NCBI GenBank assembly: GCA_947364045.1
Contig: CANARN010000003.1
Coordinates: 2,883 to 66,882 of the forward strand
Reading direction: 5' to 3'
DNA length: 64,000 nt
Source of the DNA: an uncultured Clostridia bacterium
Lineage (GTDB): Bacteria > Bacillota > Clostridia > Oscillospirales > Acutalibacteraceae
Made by a program: the position numbers and the translations under genes. The notes under the pieces are model-generated. The model was not told where the DNA came from. It did no database searches and saw only the letters and a list, made by a program, of their open reading frames with translations. Of this stretch, positions 41,030 through 51,446 are shown in pieces (within the stretch, counting starts at the first letter, position 1; every line of letters starts with the position of its first letter).

Positions 41030-42170
41030 TTTTTCCACTCCTTTGATTAAATTTAGTTTTATACTTATTTTTTTTGCAATAAGCAAATATGCTTATTATC
41101 CCCAGTATAATAGCAATCAAAACAATATAAAAAATATTTTTTCCAATATTATTTTTGTTTTCAATTGCATTTCCTGATTCAGAAATATGTGTGTCCTGTG
41201 CATTATATATTTTTCCTATAATGCCCAATGCCGTTTCTGTATCTAAATCCGTCGAAAGACTTGGTATTTCATTGTCATATTGTTTAAGATTTTTTTCAAC
41301 CTTTTCAATAAACGCTGATTTATCTTTATTTTGAAGTTTGTCTACCGACTGAGCATTACAGTCTTTAAGGGCATTCTCAATAGAAGCTTGTATTTTGTAG
41401 GAATCCACATTATTGCTAACCTCTTTAATAAACTCTCCTTCATATGCGCTGTTGTACATACTTATAATTGTTTCAAATGATGTGACATTATGTGCATCTG
41501 TGCCCGTAATCGTTTCAAGGTTTTTGTTAAAGTTTTCAACAAATTCATCTTTGCTTATTACTTTACTCAAACTATCAACTTTGTTTTGATTAAGAGTTAT
41601 TTTTATAGCTTCCAGTACCTGAGAATTGTCTATTGACAAATTCTTGTTTATTGTACTGTCATTTTGAGTATTACTTTCTTCTATTGATGGCTCAATATAA
41701 TATGAACTGATTACCATGTTATTACATTCAATATATACATCCTCGTATTTTTCATCAAATGTATCACGTTGGCTAAATGACAGTTTAATTGTAACGTCCT
41801 CTTTAATTTCTGTTTTCAACTGTGCCGAAACAAGAAACAATGTTCCGTCTCTTTCAACTTCATTTGTGTTGTTCCAAAGCACGTCAAACTTTCCGTCATT
41901 TATCCCGAAATTAGTACTAAAATTACCGACAGATGTAAAATCACCTCTTGATACAGATCTGATATCTATTTTGTCTGTCGGATATTCAACCGTTATTCTA
42001 AACCCCATTAAACCGCTGTTGTTTTTTATCTTTATGGGAATAAGAGTCAACTGTTCCTTCGTTAAATATGTCGTATCTGCAGAAACAGTTACAACGTCAA
42101 CAGCAAACGAAATAGTATTTATTTGAAGAAACAGTATTAACGACAAAAGGATTATGAGACTTTTTTTCAT
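41013..42170 (-). CDS. Membrane-anchored single-cohesin protein (anchoring scaffoldin candidate)
   Basis: 385 aa. Signal peptide, cohesin-like module (~aa 25-160: LIPIKIKNNSGLMGFRITVEYPTDKI ... SFSQRDTFDEKYEDV), helical linker, C-terminal TM (IFYIVLIAIILGIISIFAY) plus a basic tail. Confidence 0.8.
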   Translation of the reverse strand: MKKSLIILLSLILFLQINTISFAVDVVTVSADTTYLTKEQLTLIPIKIKNNSGLMGFRITVEYPTDKIDIRSVSRGDFTSVGNFSTNFGINDGKFDVLWNNTNEVERDGTLFLVSAQLKTEIKEDVTIKLSFSQRDTFDEKYEDVYIECNNMVISSYYIEPSIEESNTQNDSTINKNLSIDNSQVLEAIKITLNQNKVDSLSKVISKDEFVENFNKNLETITGTDAHNVTSFETIISMYNSAYEGEFIKEVSNNVDSYKIQASIENALKDCNAQSVDKLQNKDKSAFIEKVEKNLKQYDNEIPSLSTDLDTETALGIIGKIYNAQDTHISESGNAIENKNNIGKNIFYIVLIAIILGIISIFAYCKKNKYKTKFNQRSGKNEKQL

Positions 42171-42226
42171 AAAAACACCTCTGAAATGTCAGCCGAACTT
42201 AAAGCACGGCTGACATTTGCTAATTA

Positions 42227-45200
42227 TTAAAACGTCTCTTTGCCTACAAGATACCGTGCAACCATTGCTGCGTCCTTATTATCAACATAGCCGTCACCGT
42301 TAACATCAACGGCAAGATTTTGACATTCGTGCACTTCTACTTTTCCTACAAGCTTTTTGTTCATCATTGCAACATCACGGTTATTAATAACACCGTCTCC
42401 CGTCATGTCGCCGGTTACTACAATTGTTTTCATGTCAACAGCATTTTCGCCGTTAAACAGTTTTATCTGTGTTCCGGTTCCGATATAATCAGTTGCTCCC
42501 AGTTCTGTACCCGCTATATTAAAATAGTGTAAATTATCGTTAGCAAATTCTTTCGACGCTTTTTCAACAGAAGTTTTAATAGTAATTCTTCTTAAATAGC
42601 CGAGAGAGTCATAATTCAAGGTCGAATCTGATTTAAGAATTATAAAGTTTGATTTATCAGGTGATACAGTAACATTGCATGATGCTGTTTCTTTTGTGCG
42701 AACAACCTGTACGGTAATAGTTGCTGTACCGGCAGACAATGCTGTAATTTTACCGTTATCATCAACGCTGACAATACTTGGTTCACTTGATGTCCATTCA
42801 ATCTTTTCACCAACCAAATTGCTTGGCGTAACAGTCGGAACAAGAATTACTGTATTTCCCTGATACATATCAACATTAGTTTTGTCCAAAGAAATTCTTG
42901 CGTACTCAGATTCTTTGAAATATTTACCTGTGATTACAGTATCTTCGGTAATGCAATCAAAATCTTTATCCCAACCGCCGAATACATATCCCGGAACAAT
43001 ATCCGTCTCAGGCGCTTTTGCCGCCTGCATATACTCAACAGACTGAGCATCAAGTTCTGTACCGTCCTGCATTTGAAAAATTACAGTATATTCTTTAGGA
43101 GAATATTTAGTAAATAATGTTAAACTTTCTGTTACAGGTGTTGAAAGATCAAACTTGTTTGTAAGTTCTTCATCTGTATATAAACCTACAAAATTATATC
43201 CCTCAATATTATCAAGTTGAGTCGTATCAATTGTTTTGCCCTCTTCAACTAATAAAACATCCCCATAGATATTAATATAAACTATATGATAATTCTTATT
43301 GGAATATCTGTAAACATCATCACTCGTATATTCACGCTTTTCATTTGATGTTGGAGCATCGGTAGTCCAATCAGTCCACTTATAATACTCCGCTACCTGA
43401 TAACGCGAACGATACTGCGTTTTCAAGCCATTTACTCTTGATTGATTAAACCAACGCTGATTATTATGGTTGTAATAGCTTATATTATCATCTGTAAATC
43501 CTGCAATGCTTAATCTGTTTTCAAGTGTAACAGTTTCGTACTCACAACTATATCCGTCAACGGCTGTTGGTGAATATTGAACATCACCATTGCTGTCAGT
43601 ATATTTATAATGAGAATACTGATACCATTTAACAGATGTATCATCGGTTTCCTGAGTGTCAACCTCAAAACCGATTAAGCTGTTATCAACAACAATTTCT
43701 TCATCCTGCCAATTTGTGTACTCTGTATAAGATGTTTTATTAAGAGTCCAACCACTATCCCGAAGATTATTTATTTCATCTGAATTAGAAGTCTTTTGAA
43801 CATCTTTATACTTATATCCTGCTTCAGACTCAAGAACATAATCGTCTAAATTATTCTTTACATCATCAGGAATTTCAGAATAGAGCATCCATTCACTTGG
43901 CTTGTCGCCCGTGTTTATGCAATAGTATTCAGTAGATACCTCGCTGTCATTCTTACCTAAACTTGTTGCATAGTAGGTTACCGAGCAAGATTTATCTATT
44001 TCAATAGGTCCTGTATAAATCTGTTCCGTTATTTCATCGCCGTTTAAGAAATAGTAAATAACAGCGTTTGGATCGTTTGATGTAAGCATAAGCTGAATTT
44101 TATCATTATATTCGCCGGTAGTATAATTTGCAACCGGAGTGTCTGCTGTCTCATCAAAATAATATGAAGGATAAATAATTGCATCGTGCTTAACATACTG
44201 GTAATCCTCAGGATTAAACCAGTCGGCAAAATTCACGCCTTCCTCCTCCGGATCATCAGGTACAACTGCTGTTTCTCCATGCTTAACTGTTTGAGTATCA
44301 ATTACATTGTTATTCCAATCATAGAATTTAACGGTATATTCATTTGCCTCATACTGAGCAGTTACCACCATATCCTGAGTAACAATAGTATTTTCAGAAT
44401 CCCAACCCTTAAAGGCATATCCTTCAACAGTTTCAGCCTCGGGTGCAACCAATACATCACCATGATTGAATTTCTTTATTTCTATCTGCTGATTTTCCCA
44501 ATCAACAAAAACAACTGTATACTGTTTCTTTTCAAAATCAGCATAAAACTCAGTATCTTCTTTTATGTTTGATACGCTCTTATCCCAACCCAAGAAATTA
44601 TATCCATCCTTAGTCGGATTTTCAGGAAGGACCGCGCTTTCTCCCTCTGTTACGGCTTGCGTACTGATAACGGTTCCGTCCCAATCATAAAATTTTACCG
44701 TATAAGTCGGTTTCGGCGCCTCAATAGTATCAATAACAGTTCTGTCTGTTGTACCCTCTATACCGATAGCAACTGTAAAATCGCCCGTTTTTACAGTAGG
44801 TTCTTCACGAAGTTTAAAGGTAAAAGAATATGAGCCGTCATTGGCAACAGTTGACTGACCGATATATTGGTTCGTATAGTCAGATGCGCCCGTGTAACCG
44901 TAAACATAAAGCGTAATCTGCTTTCCTGCAAAAGATGTATCAAGTTTACCGTTAACAGTTCTTAGCTTACCCGAATTATCCTCCGGCTGAACAGCATTAC
45001 TCTTATATCTGTAAACAGTTCTTGTATTTACATCACGATTACCGTTTGCTGTAACCTCTGTGTCACTCCATTCAGACCATGTTTTCCAGCGATAGAAATT
45101 GTAAATATAGTTTATATCTCTATATCTGTACTGTGTTCCATATATTGGAGAATTGTAATCAGGTTCATACCACTGATAATCTCCGCGTCTATACCAAACA

Positions 45201-47404
45201 TTCTTACAGCTACCATCCTTATAGTAGCCATACATTGGTGTGTTGCCCACACTGGAAGTACCAACACGTCCTAAATCGTAATCAAGATTTGCGTAATGAA
45301 CAGTATTGCTATTCCATGTTGGTGTAACATTACCATTACTTAAATGGCAATGATAAAAATGATACACCAATTTTTGATTATAATTACCAGTAAGTGCTGT
45401 TTGCGTCTCTACTTCTCTTCTTTGGCTTTCATTTTCATATCCGCCAATAAAATTCCAGCCCCAGCCTGACCATCCGCCTTCCTGTTCAGTTCTGTTTCCT
45501 GTATAAGTCCAACCCTCTTTTGTTTTGGTATTACCAGTTGAAAATTCTTTATCTCTATAACTATACTGTGTTACTTCCTGAATATCCAGCGTTCCGTCAC
45601 TATTATCCGGTTTGACAGTAGATTCTGCATACATCAAGCCTTCTTTGATAGTAGTATTCACACTTGGAGAAATAGGGACACCTGATGAATAATCAGAAAC
45701 CATAAATACTTCAATAGAAGAAGCTACTTTGTTACAAGGAATGAAAACTTCTACGCCGCTTTTGGTTTTTCCGGCGGGAATACTGAATGCTGTTGACTCA
45801 GTCATATCGACAAGCTTTCCTTCTGCCGTTTTTAACGCAACAACTGCACGACCCGTTGTGGGTTTTGAATCGTTATTTTCAATATCAAATGTTACATAAT
45901 ATCCGTCATACTGACGTGTAGCAGATTTAATTGTACATATTGTCGGCAAATCATAATTGTACCAAGAATATATACCGTCAATATTTATAGTTTTATCTGT
46001 TCTATCGGTGTAAACATTGATATAATCCGTACTGTTCCAGCCTAAAAATTTGTATTTACTGTTTTCGTTTGTATTTGTCGGCGGTGTAGCGTCACTGCCG
46101 TAATTTACCTTTTGACTGTCAATTAATGTTCCTTCTCTATCAAAGAAATTAACTGTATATGTATTAATTTTATAAGTAGCTTTGATTGTTTTATCCGCTG
46201 TTACATTATAAAACGAATCGGTCCATCCCTGAAAAGTATACCCCTTCCTTTGCGGTGCAGATGGCGCTGTTGCACTTGCACCGTAATCAATTGTCTGAGT
46301 GCCTAACAGAGTATCATCCCAGTCAACAAAATTAACCGTTACAGGATTATGTGCTGTACAGTTTCTCGGAGAAGACCAGTTGCTTGAGCCTGAAACATTT
46401 GACGCCTTAACATAAAAGTCATATTTTTCTGCATTTGAAAGAACAAAAGAGTATGAGGTTGTATTGCCAACGTCGATATCCTGATTTAAGCTTGAACTTC
46501 TAATACCTACTGTATAATCGGTTGCACCGCTGACGGCATTCCAGCTAAATGTTATAGTCTTACCTTTTGCAATATTCTCCGAGCTTATATTGCTGATAGA
46601 CGGCGTTGCGGGAACAGGTATGTTTACCTTGGTAAAGTAATCAAGACATACCCAGCCGACTTTACCGGCAAAGGTTATCTTTCCCCAGTTACCGTTTGTT
46701 TCATAAACATAAACTTCTGCATTTTTAGGAACTGTACAACCAATTTTATTTCCAACTTTAACACCGGCAGAACTTCTCATATTTACGCCTGAGTTACAAG
46801 TGTTTTTATATGTACCATTACTATTTTTAGCATTAGCATTATAATAAGTATTATTTACAGGTGATTCTTTATTTGAAAAATCATCTTCAATTACACCTTT
46901 ATTAGAAAAATCTGGTCTTATTACTCCATAAAATCCGGTAGAATATCTCCAATTTCCACGATGAACTTTATAACCATAAGATTTACCTTGATCAACTAGA
47001 GTCATACTTGTTGAGTCTGCAGAAATCACAAGACCCACATGCCCATATTTAGAGCCTAATGAAGTAGAAGTAGCAGTCCACACAGCTATATCTCCAGGCT
47101 GTGCCGAAAAACCTTTATAATACGCTATTCTTGTCCATCCATTCGGTAAACGATTATATGCATAATCTTTTCCGTGACCTCCTGGACAAGTAACTCCTAA
47201 ATATTCATAATAAGCTTTAATCAAGGCTGGACATTGACCATCACCTACTTTTGAACCTACTTTAGAAGAAATCCAATTAACAGCTTCTTGCTGTGAATGT
47301 GACGTAGCCGCACTTGCAGTAATAGTACCAACAGGCAGGATTGACATTACCATTAACAGTGACAAAAATGTCGAAAGAATTTTTACGCTTATTTTCTTTT
47401 TCAT
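42227..47404 (-). CDS. Giant secreted CHAP amidase/peptidase - SH3b - FN3 - InlB-B-type repeats - Big_2 - dockerin protein
   Basis: ~1725 aa from the second ATG (AAAGGAG 7 nt upstream). Signal peptide. CHAP with GQC...GHVGLV. SH3b. FN3. At least 7 YTV.F.D..G......V..G....P..P...GY.F.GW repeats. Two W-rich modules (..QYRYR..Y.W..WSEWS...VYRY). Big_2. C-terminal dockerin. Confidence 0.85.
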   Translation of the reverse strand: MKKKISVKILSTFLSLLMVMSILPVGTITASAATSHSQQEAVNWISSKVGSKVGDGQCPALIKAYYEYLGVTCPGGHGKDYAYNRLPNGWTRIAYYKGFSAQPGDIAVWTATSTSLGSKYGHVGLVISADSTSMTLVDQGKSYGYKVHRGNWRYSTGFYGVIRPDFSNKGVIEDDFSNKESPVNNTYYNANAKNSNGTYKNTCNSGVNMRSSAGVKVGNKIGCTVPKNAEVYVYETNGNWGKITFAGKVGWVCLDYFTKVNIPVPATPSISNISSENIAKGKTITFSWNAVSGATDYTVGIRSSSLNQDIDVGNTTSYSFVLSNAEKYDFYVKASNVSGSSNWSSPRNCTAHNPVTVNFVDWDDTLLGTQTIDYGASATAPSAPQRKGYTFQGWTDSFYNVTADKTIKATYKINTYTVNFFDREGTLIDSQKVNYGSDATPPTNTNENSKYKFLGWNSTDYINVYTDRTDKTINIDGIYSWYNYDLPTICTIKSATRQYDGYYVTFDIENNDSKPTTGRAVVALKTAEGKLVDMTESTAFSIPAGKTKSGVEVFIPCNKVASSIEVFMVSDYSSGVPISPSVNTTIKEGLMYAESTVKPDNSDGTLDIQEVTQYSYRDKEFSTGNTKTKEGWTYTGNRTEQEGGWSGWGWNFIGGYENESQRREVETQTALTGNYNQKLVYHFYHCHLSNGNVTPTWNSNTVHYANLDYDLGRVGTSSVGNTPMYGYYKDGSCKNVWYRRGDYQWYEPDYNSPIYGTQYRYRDINYIYNFYRWKTWSEWSDTEVTANGNRDVNTRTVYRYKSNAVQPEDNSGKLRTVNGKLDTSFAGKQITLYVYGYTGASDYTNQYIGQSTVANDGSYSFTFKLREEPTVKTGDFTVAIGIEGTTDRTVIDTIEAPKPTYTVKFYDWDGTVISTQAVTEGESAVLPENPTKDGYNFLGWDKSVSNIKEDTEFYADFEKKQYTVVFVDWENQQIEIKKFNHGDVLVAPEAETVEGYAFKGWDSENTIVTQDMVVTAQYEANEYTVKFYDWNNNVIDTQTVKHGETAVVPDDPEEEGVNFADWFNPEDYQYVKHDAIIYPSYYFDETADTPVANYTTGEYNDKIQLMLTSNDPNAVIYYFLNGDEITEQIYTGPIEIDKSCSVTYYATSLGKNDSEVSTEYYCINTGDKPSEWMLYSEIPDDVKNNLDDYVLESEAGYKYKDVQKTSNSDEINNLRDSGWTLNKTSYTEYTNWQDEEIVVDNSLIGFEVDTQETDDTSVKWYQYSHYKYTDSNGDVQYSPTAVDGYSCEYETVTLENRLSIAGFTDDNISYYNHNNQRWFNQSRVNGLKTQYRSRYQVAEYYKWTDWTTDAPTSNEKREYTSDDVYRYSNKNYHIVYINIYGDVLLVEEGKTIDTTQLDNIEGYNFVGLYTDEELTNKFDLSTPVTESLTLFTKYSPKEYTVIFQMQDGTELDAQSVEYMQAAKAPETDIVPGYVFGGWDKDFDCITEDTVITGKYFKESEYARISLDKTNVDMYQGNTVILVPTVTPSNLVGEKIEWTSSEPSIVSVDDNGKITALSAGTATITVQVVRTKETASCNVTVSPDKSNFIILKSDSTLNYDSLGYLRRITIKTSVEKASKEFANDNLHYFNIAGTELGATDYIGTGTQIKLFNGENAVDMKTIVVTGDMTGDGVINNRDVAMMNKKLVGKVEVHECQNLAVDVNGDGYVDNKDAAMVARYLVGKETF
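42230..42460 (-). other. Dockerin module of the giant protein (approximate bounds)
   Basis: Two Ca-binding F-hand repeats: GDMTGDGVINNRDVAMMNKKLVG and VDVNGDGYVDNKDAAMVARYLVG. Confidence 0.8.
46913..47290 (-). other. CHAP catalytic domain of the giant protein (approximate bounds)
   Basis: Cys in DGQCPALIKAYYEY and His in KYGHVGLVIS, directly after the signal peptide. Confidence 0.75.
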
Positions 47405-47469
47405 TGTTTTACTCCTTTTCATAAATTTATTTTTAATATAATTAAATTATAAATTTCATTCCCCTTTCT

Positions 47470-49692
47470 CTATAATACCTTGCCGTATGCATTGGCAGAT
47501 TGTCCGTAACGCATCATTGCCTGCAGCATATTATCAAGGGCTGTTCCGGCATATGCACTGCCTTGAACATCCTTTGCATAGGATTCAACGCTGTACCTCA
47601 TAGTGTTACTGCACGGTTCACCGTTATCATACACCGTTACAAGCATTTCTTCGCCCATTTGATGCGCTAAGATTTTATCAAAATACACATAATAAGTTCC
47701 GTCGCCGTTCGCAACAAAATCATTCTTCGTATATGTATAAGTTCTTCCGCAAAAAACCACTTTAACTGATACATTTTCAATATTCGCAATTGCAAATTTA
47801 CTTCTCACTTGAACTGAATCTATTAAATACAGCCCTACTGCCTTCCATTCCGCAGTAGGATTATCAATTGTTTTGTATTTTATATCTGCGATACTTACAA
47901 GTTCGGGTGTTTTTGCCGTGCCCCACGCTTTTTGTTCAGCTGTTAAGCCTGCGTCAACAAGTGCGTCTGTTTTATAGTTTGTGTATATCTGCGCTTTTGC
48001 TCCGTAATCCAACAAATCAACAAGAAGTGTTCTGAATTTTTGACCGGCTTCGGTATTAATCGTCGCATACGCATCTAACATTGCATACGCGTACATTTTT
48101 ATGCTCATTTTTCTTGCGCTGCTCGAATACATCTTGCCGTTTGCTTTATATGTGGCTCGAAGCGTAGCTGAAACCTCATTATTCATCATTTTCGGGGATA
48201 TTCCCTCAAATGAAAACACATAATAATCGCCCTGTTCTGTATATTTTGTAACAGTAGTTGTGTTAAAGCCCTCACAGTCAAATACCATATACGGATTTTC
48301 AAAGTCGGCAACTGCAGTTTTTAACACCTTATAATTCATTTGTATATTATTTTGAAGCGAAAGCGACACCGCTTTAATCATAAAATCACTTAAATTCGGC
48401 TCTAACGGATTTAATAAAAAACTTATATCTTTGCAATTAAAAATAACATCTTCATATTTCTCATTGAAAGTATCTCTTTGACTGTAATTTACAATAACAG
48501 AAGTATCAGTCTTTTTCTCTGTCAACACCTTAAATGTTAAAGTACACAAAATACCGTTTGCATATATTTCATCTGTGTTGTTCCACAAAACGATAAATTT
48601 ACCTTCATTAACGCCGATAGAGTCGCTGAATCTAACATTGTTTGTCAAAAACGCTTCACCGCATGAGGCGGATATTGGCTGAAGCAAAGCAGGGTCATAA
48701 GTAAACTCAAGACTATACCCCATAATTCCGTGATTATTTTCAATATAAATCGGAACAGTTATTTCGTTATTATATGACGCGCTGACATCATTCACATAAA
48801 GCTCTGCAATTTCACTGGTTTCAGACGGAATTATCTTTAAACTGCATCCTTTACAAACAATTCCTTGATTTTCCGAAGAAACAGCAAAATTATAGCTGCC
48901 GGACACTGCTTTATCTTTTGCTTTAAAGGTCAATGTTACAAAAACAGTATTATTGACAGACATTGTAATTCCGGAAATGTCCAATACCAGTTTTCCGTTT
49001 GTCTCGGTTTTCTTAACATCAAGCCCGTTTGCTGCATCAATTACTTTAAATTCAAAATTATCCGCATTGTAATTAACTGTTGTTTGAAGTTCTGTAACTC
49101 CACTGATTTCTGAAATATTCAGTTTCAGTCTAACATCGTTTCCTGCTATTGTGTCCTCTGCACTTGCATTTATTTTTGCATATTTTGAGTACTCACTGTT
49201 TGCAATAAAAAAGTCAATCGGCTTACATTCTAAACGAACATCGTTATAACTGTTATCAAATGTATCTTCCTGTGAATAAGAAATATCAATACGAGCGTTA
49301 CCTACAGCAGACGCACTGACTTCAAAAACAAGATAAATCATAACCCCGTTATAATTTTTTCCTTCCCCATCTGAGCTTGCCCAGTAAACATTAAATTTTC
49401 CGGGAACCATATCACCTTTAATATTATCTTGCAAGCCGCCGACAAATACATCTCCGTTTTCAATCGAAACGGGGGTTAAGATATCTTTATCGTATTCAAA
49501 AACCAATTTCCATCCGAGAATATCCTTGTTGTTTTTTATAGAAATAGGTACCCTGATTTGTCCCCCTGCATTAGCGTTTTTAAAATCGCTGTAAACCGTA
49601 ACAGCGTCTTGGGCATAAACAGAAACATTCAATCCCAAAACCATACTAAATAACATTATTGCAGATAAAATTAAACTTATTGACTTTTTCAC
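47470..49692 (-). CDS. Secreted protein with three cohesin-like modules and an uncharacterised ~310-aa C-terminal domain
   Basis: 740 aa. Signal peptide (..VYA/QD). Modules at ~aa 29-163, 172-288 and 296-427; the first and third carry the same ..SYSQ(E/R)DTF(D/N)..Y(N/E)DV signature as the 385-aa protein. No TM, dockerin or sorting signal seen. Confidence 0.8.
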   Translation of the reverse strand: MKKSISLILSAIMLFSMVLGLNVSVYAQDAVTVYSDFKNANAGGQIRVPISIKNNKDILGWKLVFEYDKDILTPVSIENGDVFVGGLQDNIKGDMVPGKFNVYWASSDGEGKNYNGVMIYLVFEVSASAVGNARIDISYSQEDTFDNSYNDVRLECKPIDFFIANSEYSKYAKINASAEDTIAGNDVRLKLNISEISGVTELQTTVNYNADNFEFKVIDAANGLDVKKTETNGKLVLDISGITMSVNNTVFVTLTFKAKDKAVSGSYNFAVSSENQGIVCKGCSLKIIPSETSEIAELYVNDVSASYNNEITVPIYIENNHGIMGYSLEFTYDPALLQPISASCGEAFLTNNVRFSDSIGVNEGKFIVLWNNTDEIYANGILCTLTFKVLTEKKTDTSVIVNYSQRDTFNEKYEDVIFNCKDISFLLNPLEPNLSDFMIKAVSLSLQNNIQMNYKVLKTAVADFENPYMVFDCEGFNTTTVTKYTEQGDYYVFSFEGISPKMMNNEVSATLRATYKANGKMYSSSARKMSIKMYAYAMLDAYATINTEAGQKFRTLLVDLLDYGAKAQIYTNYKTDALVDAGLTAEQKAWGTAKTPELVSIADIKYKTIDNPTAEWKAVGLYLIDSVQVRSKFAIANIENVSVKVVFCGRTYTYTKNDFVANGDGTYYVYFDKILAHQMGEEMLVTVYDNGEPCSNTMRYSVESYAKDVQGSAYAGTALDNMLQAMMRYGQSANAYGKVL

Positions 49693-49822
49693 TTTTTCAC
49701 CCTCTAAAATAACACTTTTTTACTGTATTAAGCAGCACACAAATCCATTATTTGTAATATTTTATCACAATAAAAATAAAAATCTATATGCTAACAGAGT
49801 ATAGGTTTTTGGCAAATTCCTA

Positions 49823-51373
49823 TTGCAAAAAATGTCAAAAAGTGGCATTATATATGTATCTTTTAAATATAGGGGTTGTAAAAACTTGAAAAACTGCAAA
49901 TTTTGTAATGCTTCATTGCCTGACGAAGCCTCATTTTGCTTACACTGTTCTTCGCCGTTAAACGGCTGTGAAAAATCAGAGCCTAAAGCTCCAAAGAGGT
50001 TTATTCGCAAAAGGTATGTTGAGGTTTTTATTGTACTGCTGTTTATTTTTTCTTTATCGATATTTTCGGCATACAGGATTAAAAAACTGCCGACTAAAGC
50101 TCAAACAAATGCACCTGAAACAGTTTTAATTCCTGTAACCGAAGAAAACGGCGAAACTGTGACGAATCCGCAAGGCGATACAGTTTTTGAAGCCGTTACG
50201 GTTGAAACGACTACAAAGAAGCCCACCATTATCGGAGTAATCGGAAGTTTATTAGGCGTAGACAAGGATAAAGAAAACGATAAAGATAATAACAATGTCA
50301 GCAGTTCAAATACAACCGATTATTCAGGTTCGGATATTGGCAGCAAGCCTCCCTCAACCGAGACAGATATAAGTGATTTTTCAGAAATTTCTTCTACGGA
50401 CAGCGGCAGCGTTAACGAACCCACACAGAACAGTCCCACTACAGAAACAGAACCCCCGACAAAGAAAGAAGAATCTATTAAAGAAAATCCTGCCGAAGTT
50501 TTTGAATTTGCCCCTTATTCTTCAAACAAGTCATATTTATCCATTGCTAAATATAAAGGCAACGCCGAACATGTAGTAATACCCGCATCATATAACGGTC
50601 AGTACATTGTTGAAATACAAAGAAATGCATTCAAAGATAATGATAAAGTCAAAATTATAAGTATTGATGAAAACAGACCGTATTTTGATCTCAAATCCGA
50701 ATGCTTTTATAACTGCCAGAATCTTCATACAATAAATTTGCCCAATGTACTTTTAGAGATATCTAGTAATTTTGCCAAATACTGTTATGCAATGAAGACA
50801 ATTGTTATAAACAACAATCGATATAAATTTGAAAACGGAGGATTATATTATTACAACAGCAGAATATGGTATTTGTTATATTGCTGTCCTGCTTCATTTC
50901 CTGATACATTTACAATTCCCTTGTGGTCTGCAGGCATCGTAGATGCGTGTAATCTTTCTGAACTGTCACAGTTAAGAGTTATTAATTGTCATCAATATGT
51001 TAGTAGTTTTCCCCATCAAACAAGTTTGCCAAAAAATCTCGAAGCCATCTATGTTGATGATAAAAATAAAAACGGTTATGACGTCAACGGAATAGCATTT
51101 GGACTTCGAAATGGTAAATACTATTGTTCATATCCGCCCTCAAACCCCACTAAAGAGTTTACTCTTCCAAATAATTCTTACTTAATCACTAGTTGGCTAA
51201 AAAATCCGTATCTTGAAACTTTAAGAATTGAAGAAACGGCCGAAATACTAAGTTCCTATTCTATTGCAGATAAATTTACATTCACAAATTTGAAAACCAT
51301 CTACATAAAAAGCGGTCATAAAGATGAAGCTGATATAAAAAGAAAATTTAAAGGAACCGTATATACCTATTAA
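49823..51373 (+). CDS. Zinc-ribbon - TM - Ser/Thr/Pro/Glu-rich linker - BspA-type leucine-rich-repeat surface protein
   Basis: CKFCNASLPDEASFCLHCSSPL, TM VEVFIVLLFIFSLSIFSAY, low-complexity linker, then LRR-like repeats (VVIPASYNG..IVEIQRNAF.., LHTINLPN..LEISSNFA..). The true start is uncertain (TTG at 49886 is possible). Confidence 0.65.
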   Translation: MQKMSKSGIIYVSFKYRGCKNLKNCKFCNASLPDEASFCLHCSSPLNGCEKSEPKAPKRFIRKRYVEVFIVLLFIFSLSIFSAYRIKKLPTKAQTNAPETVLIPVTEENGETVTNPQGDTVFEAVTVETTTKKPTIIGVIGSLLGVDKDKENDKDNNNVSSSNTTDYSGSDIGSKPPSTETDISDFSEISSTDSGSVNEPTQNSPTTETEPPTKKEESIKENPAEVFEFAPYSSNKSYLSIAKYKGNAEHVVIPASYNGQYIVEIQRNAFKDNDKVKIISIDENRPYFDLKSECFYNCQNLHTINLPNVLLEISSNFAKYCYAMKTIVINNNRYKFENGGLYYYNSRIWYLLYCCPASFPDTFTIPLWSAGIVDACNLSELSQLRVINCHQYVSSFPHQTSLPKNLEAIYVDDKNKNGYDVNGIAFGLRNGKYYCSYPPSNPTKEFTLPNNSYLITSWLKNPYLETLRIEETAEILSSYSIADKFTFTNLKTIYIKSGHKDEADIKRKFKGTVYTY

Positions 51374-51446
51374 TTTGATGATATAAGACTTAAATTTATG
51401 GGTGAAAAATCAGTATAAAAAATAATGAAAGTATCAGGTGTGTATT

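Noticed and set aside
42227-47404. Giant CHAP protein as a prophage endolysin or tail-associated lysin
   Set aside because: It has a Sec signal peptide and a dockerin. It is flanked by cohesin genes and by no phage structural, holin or terminase genes.
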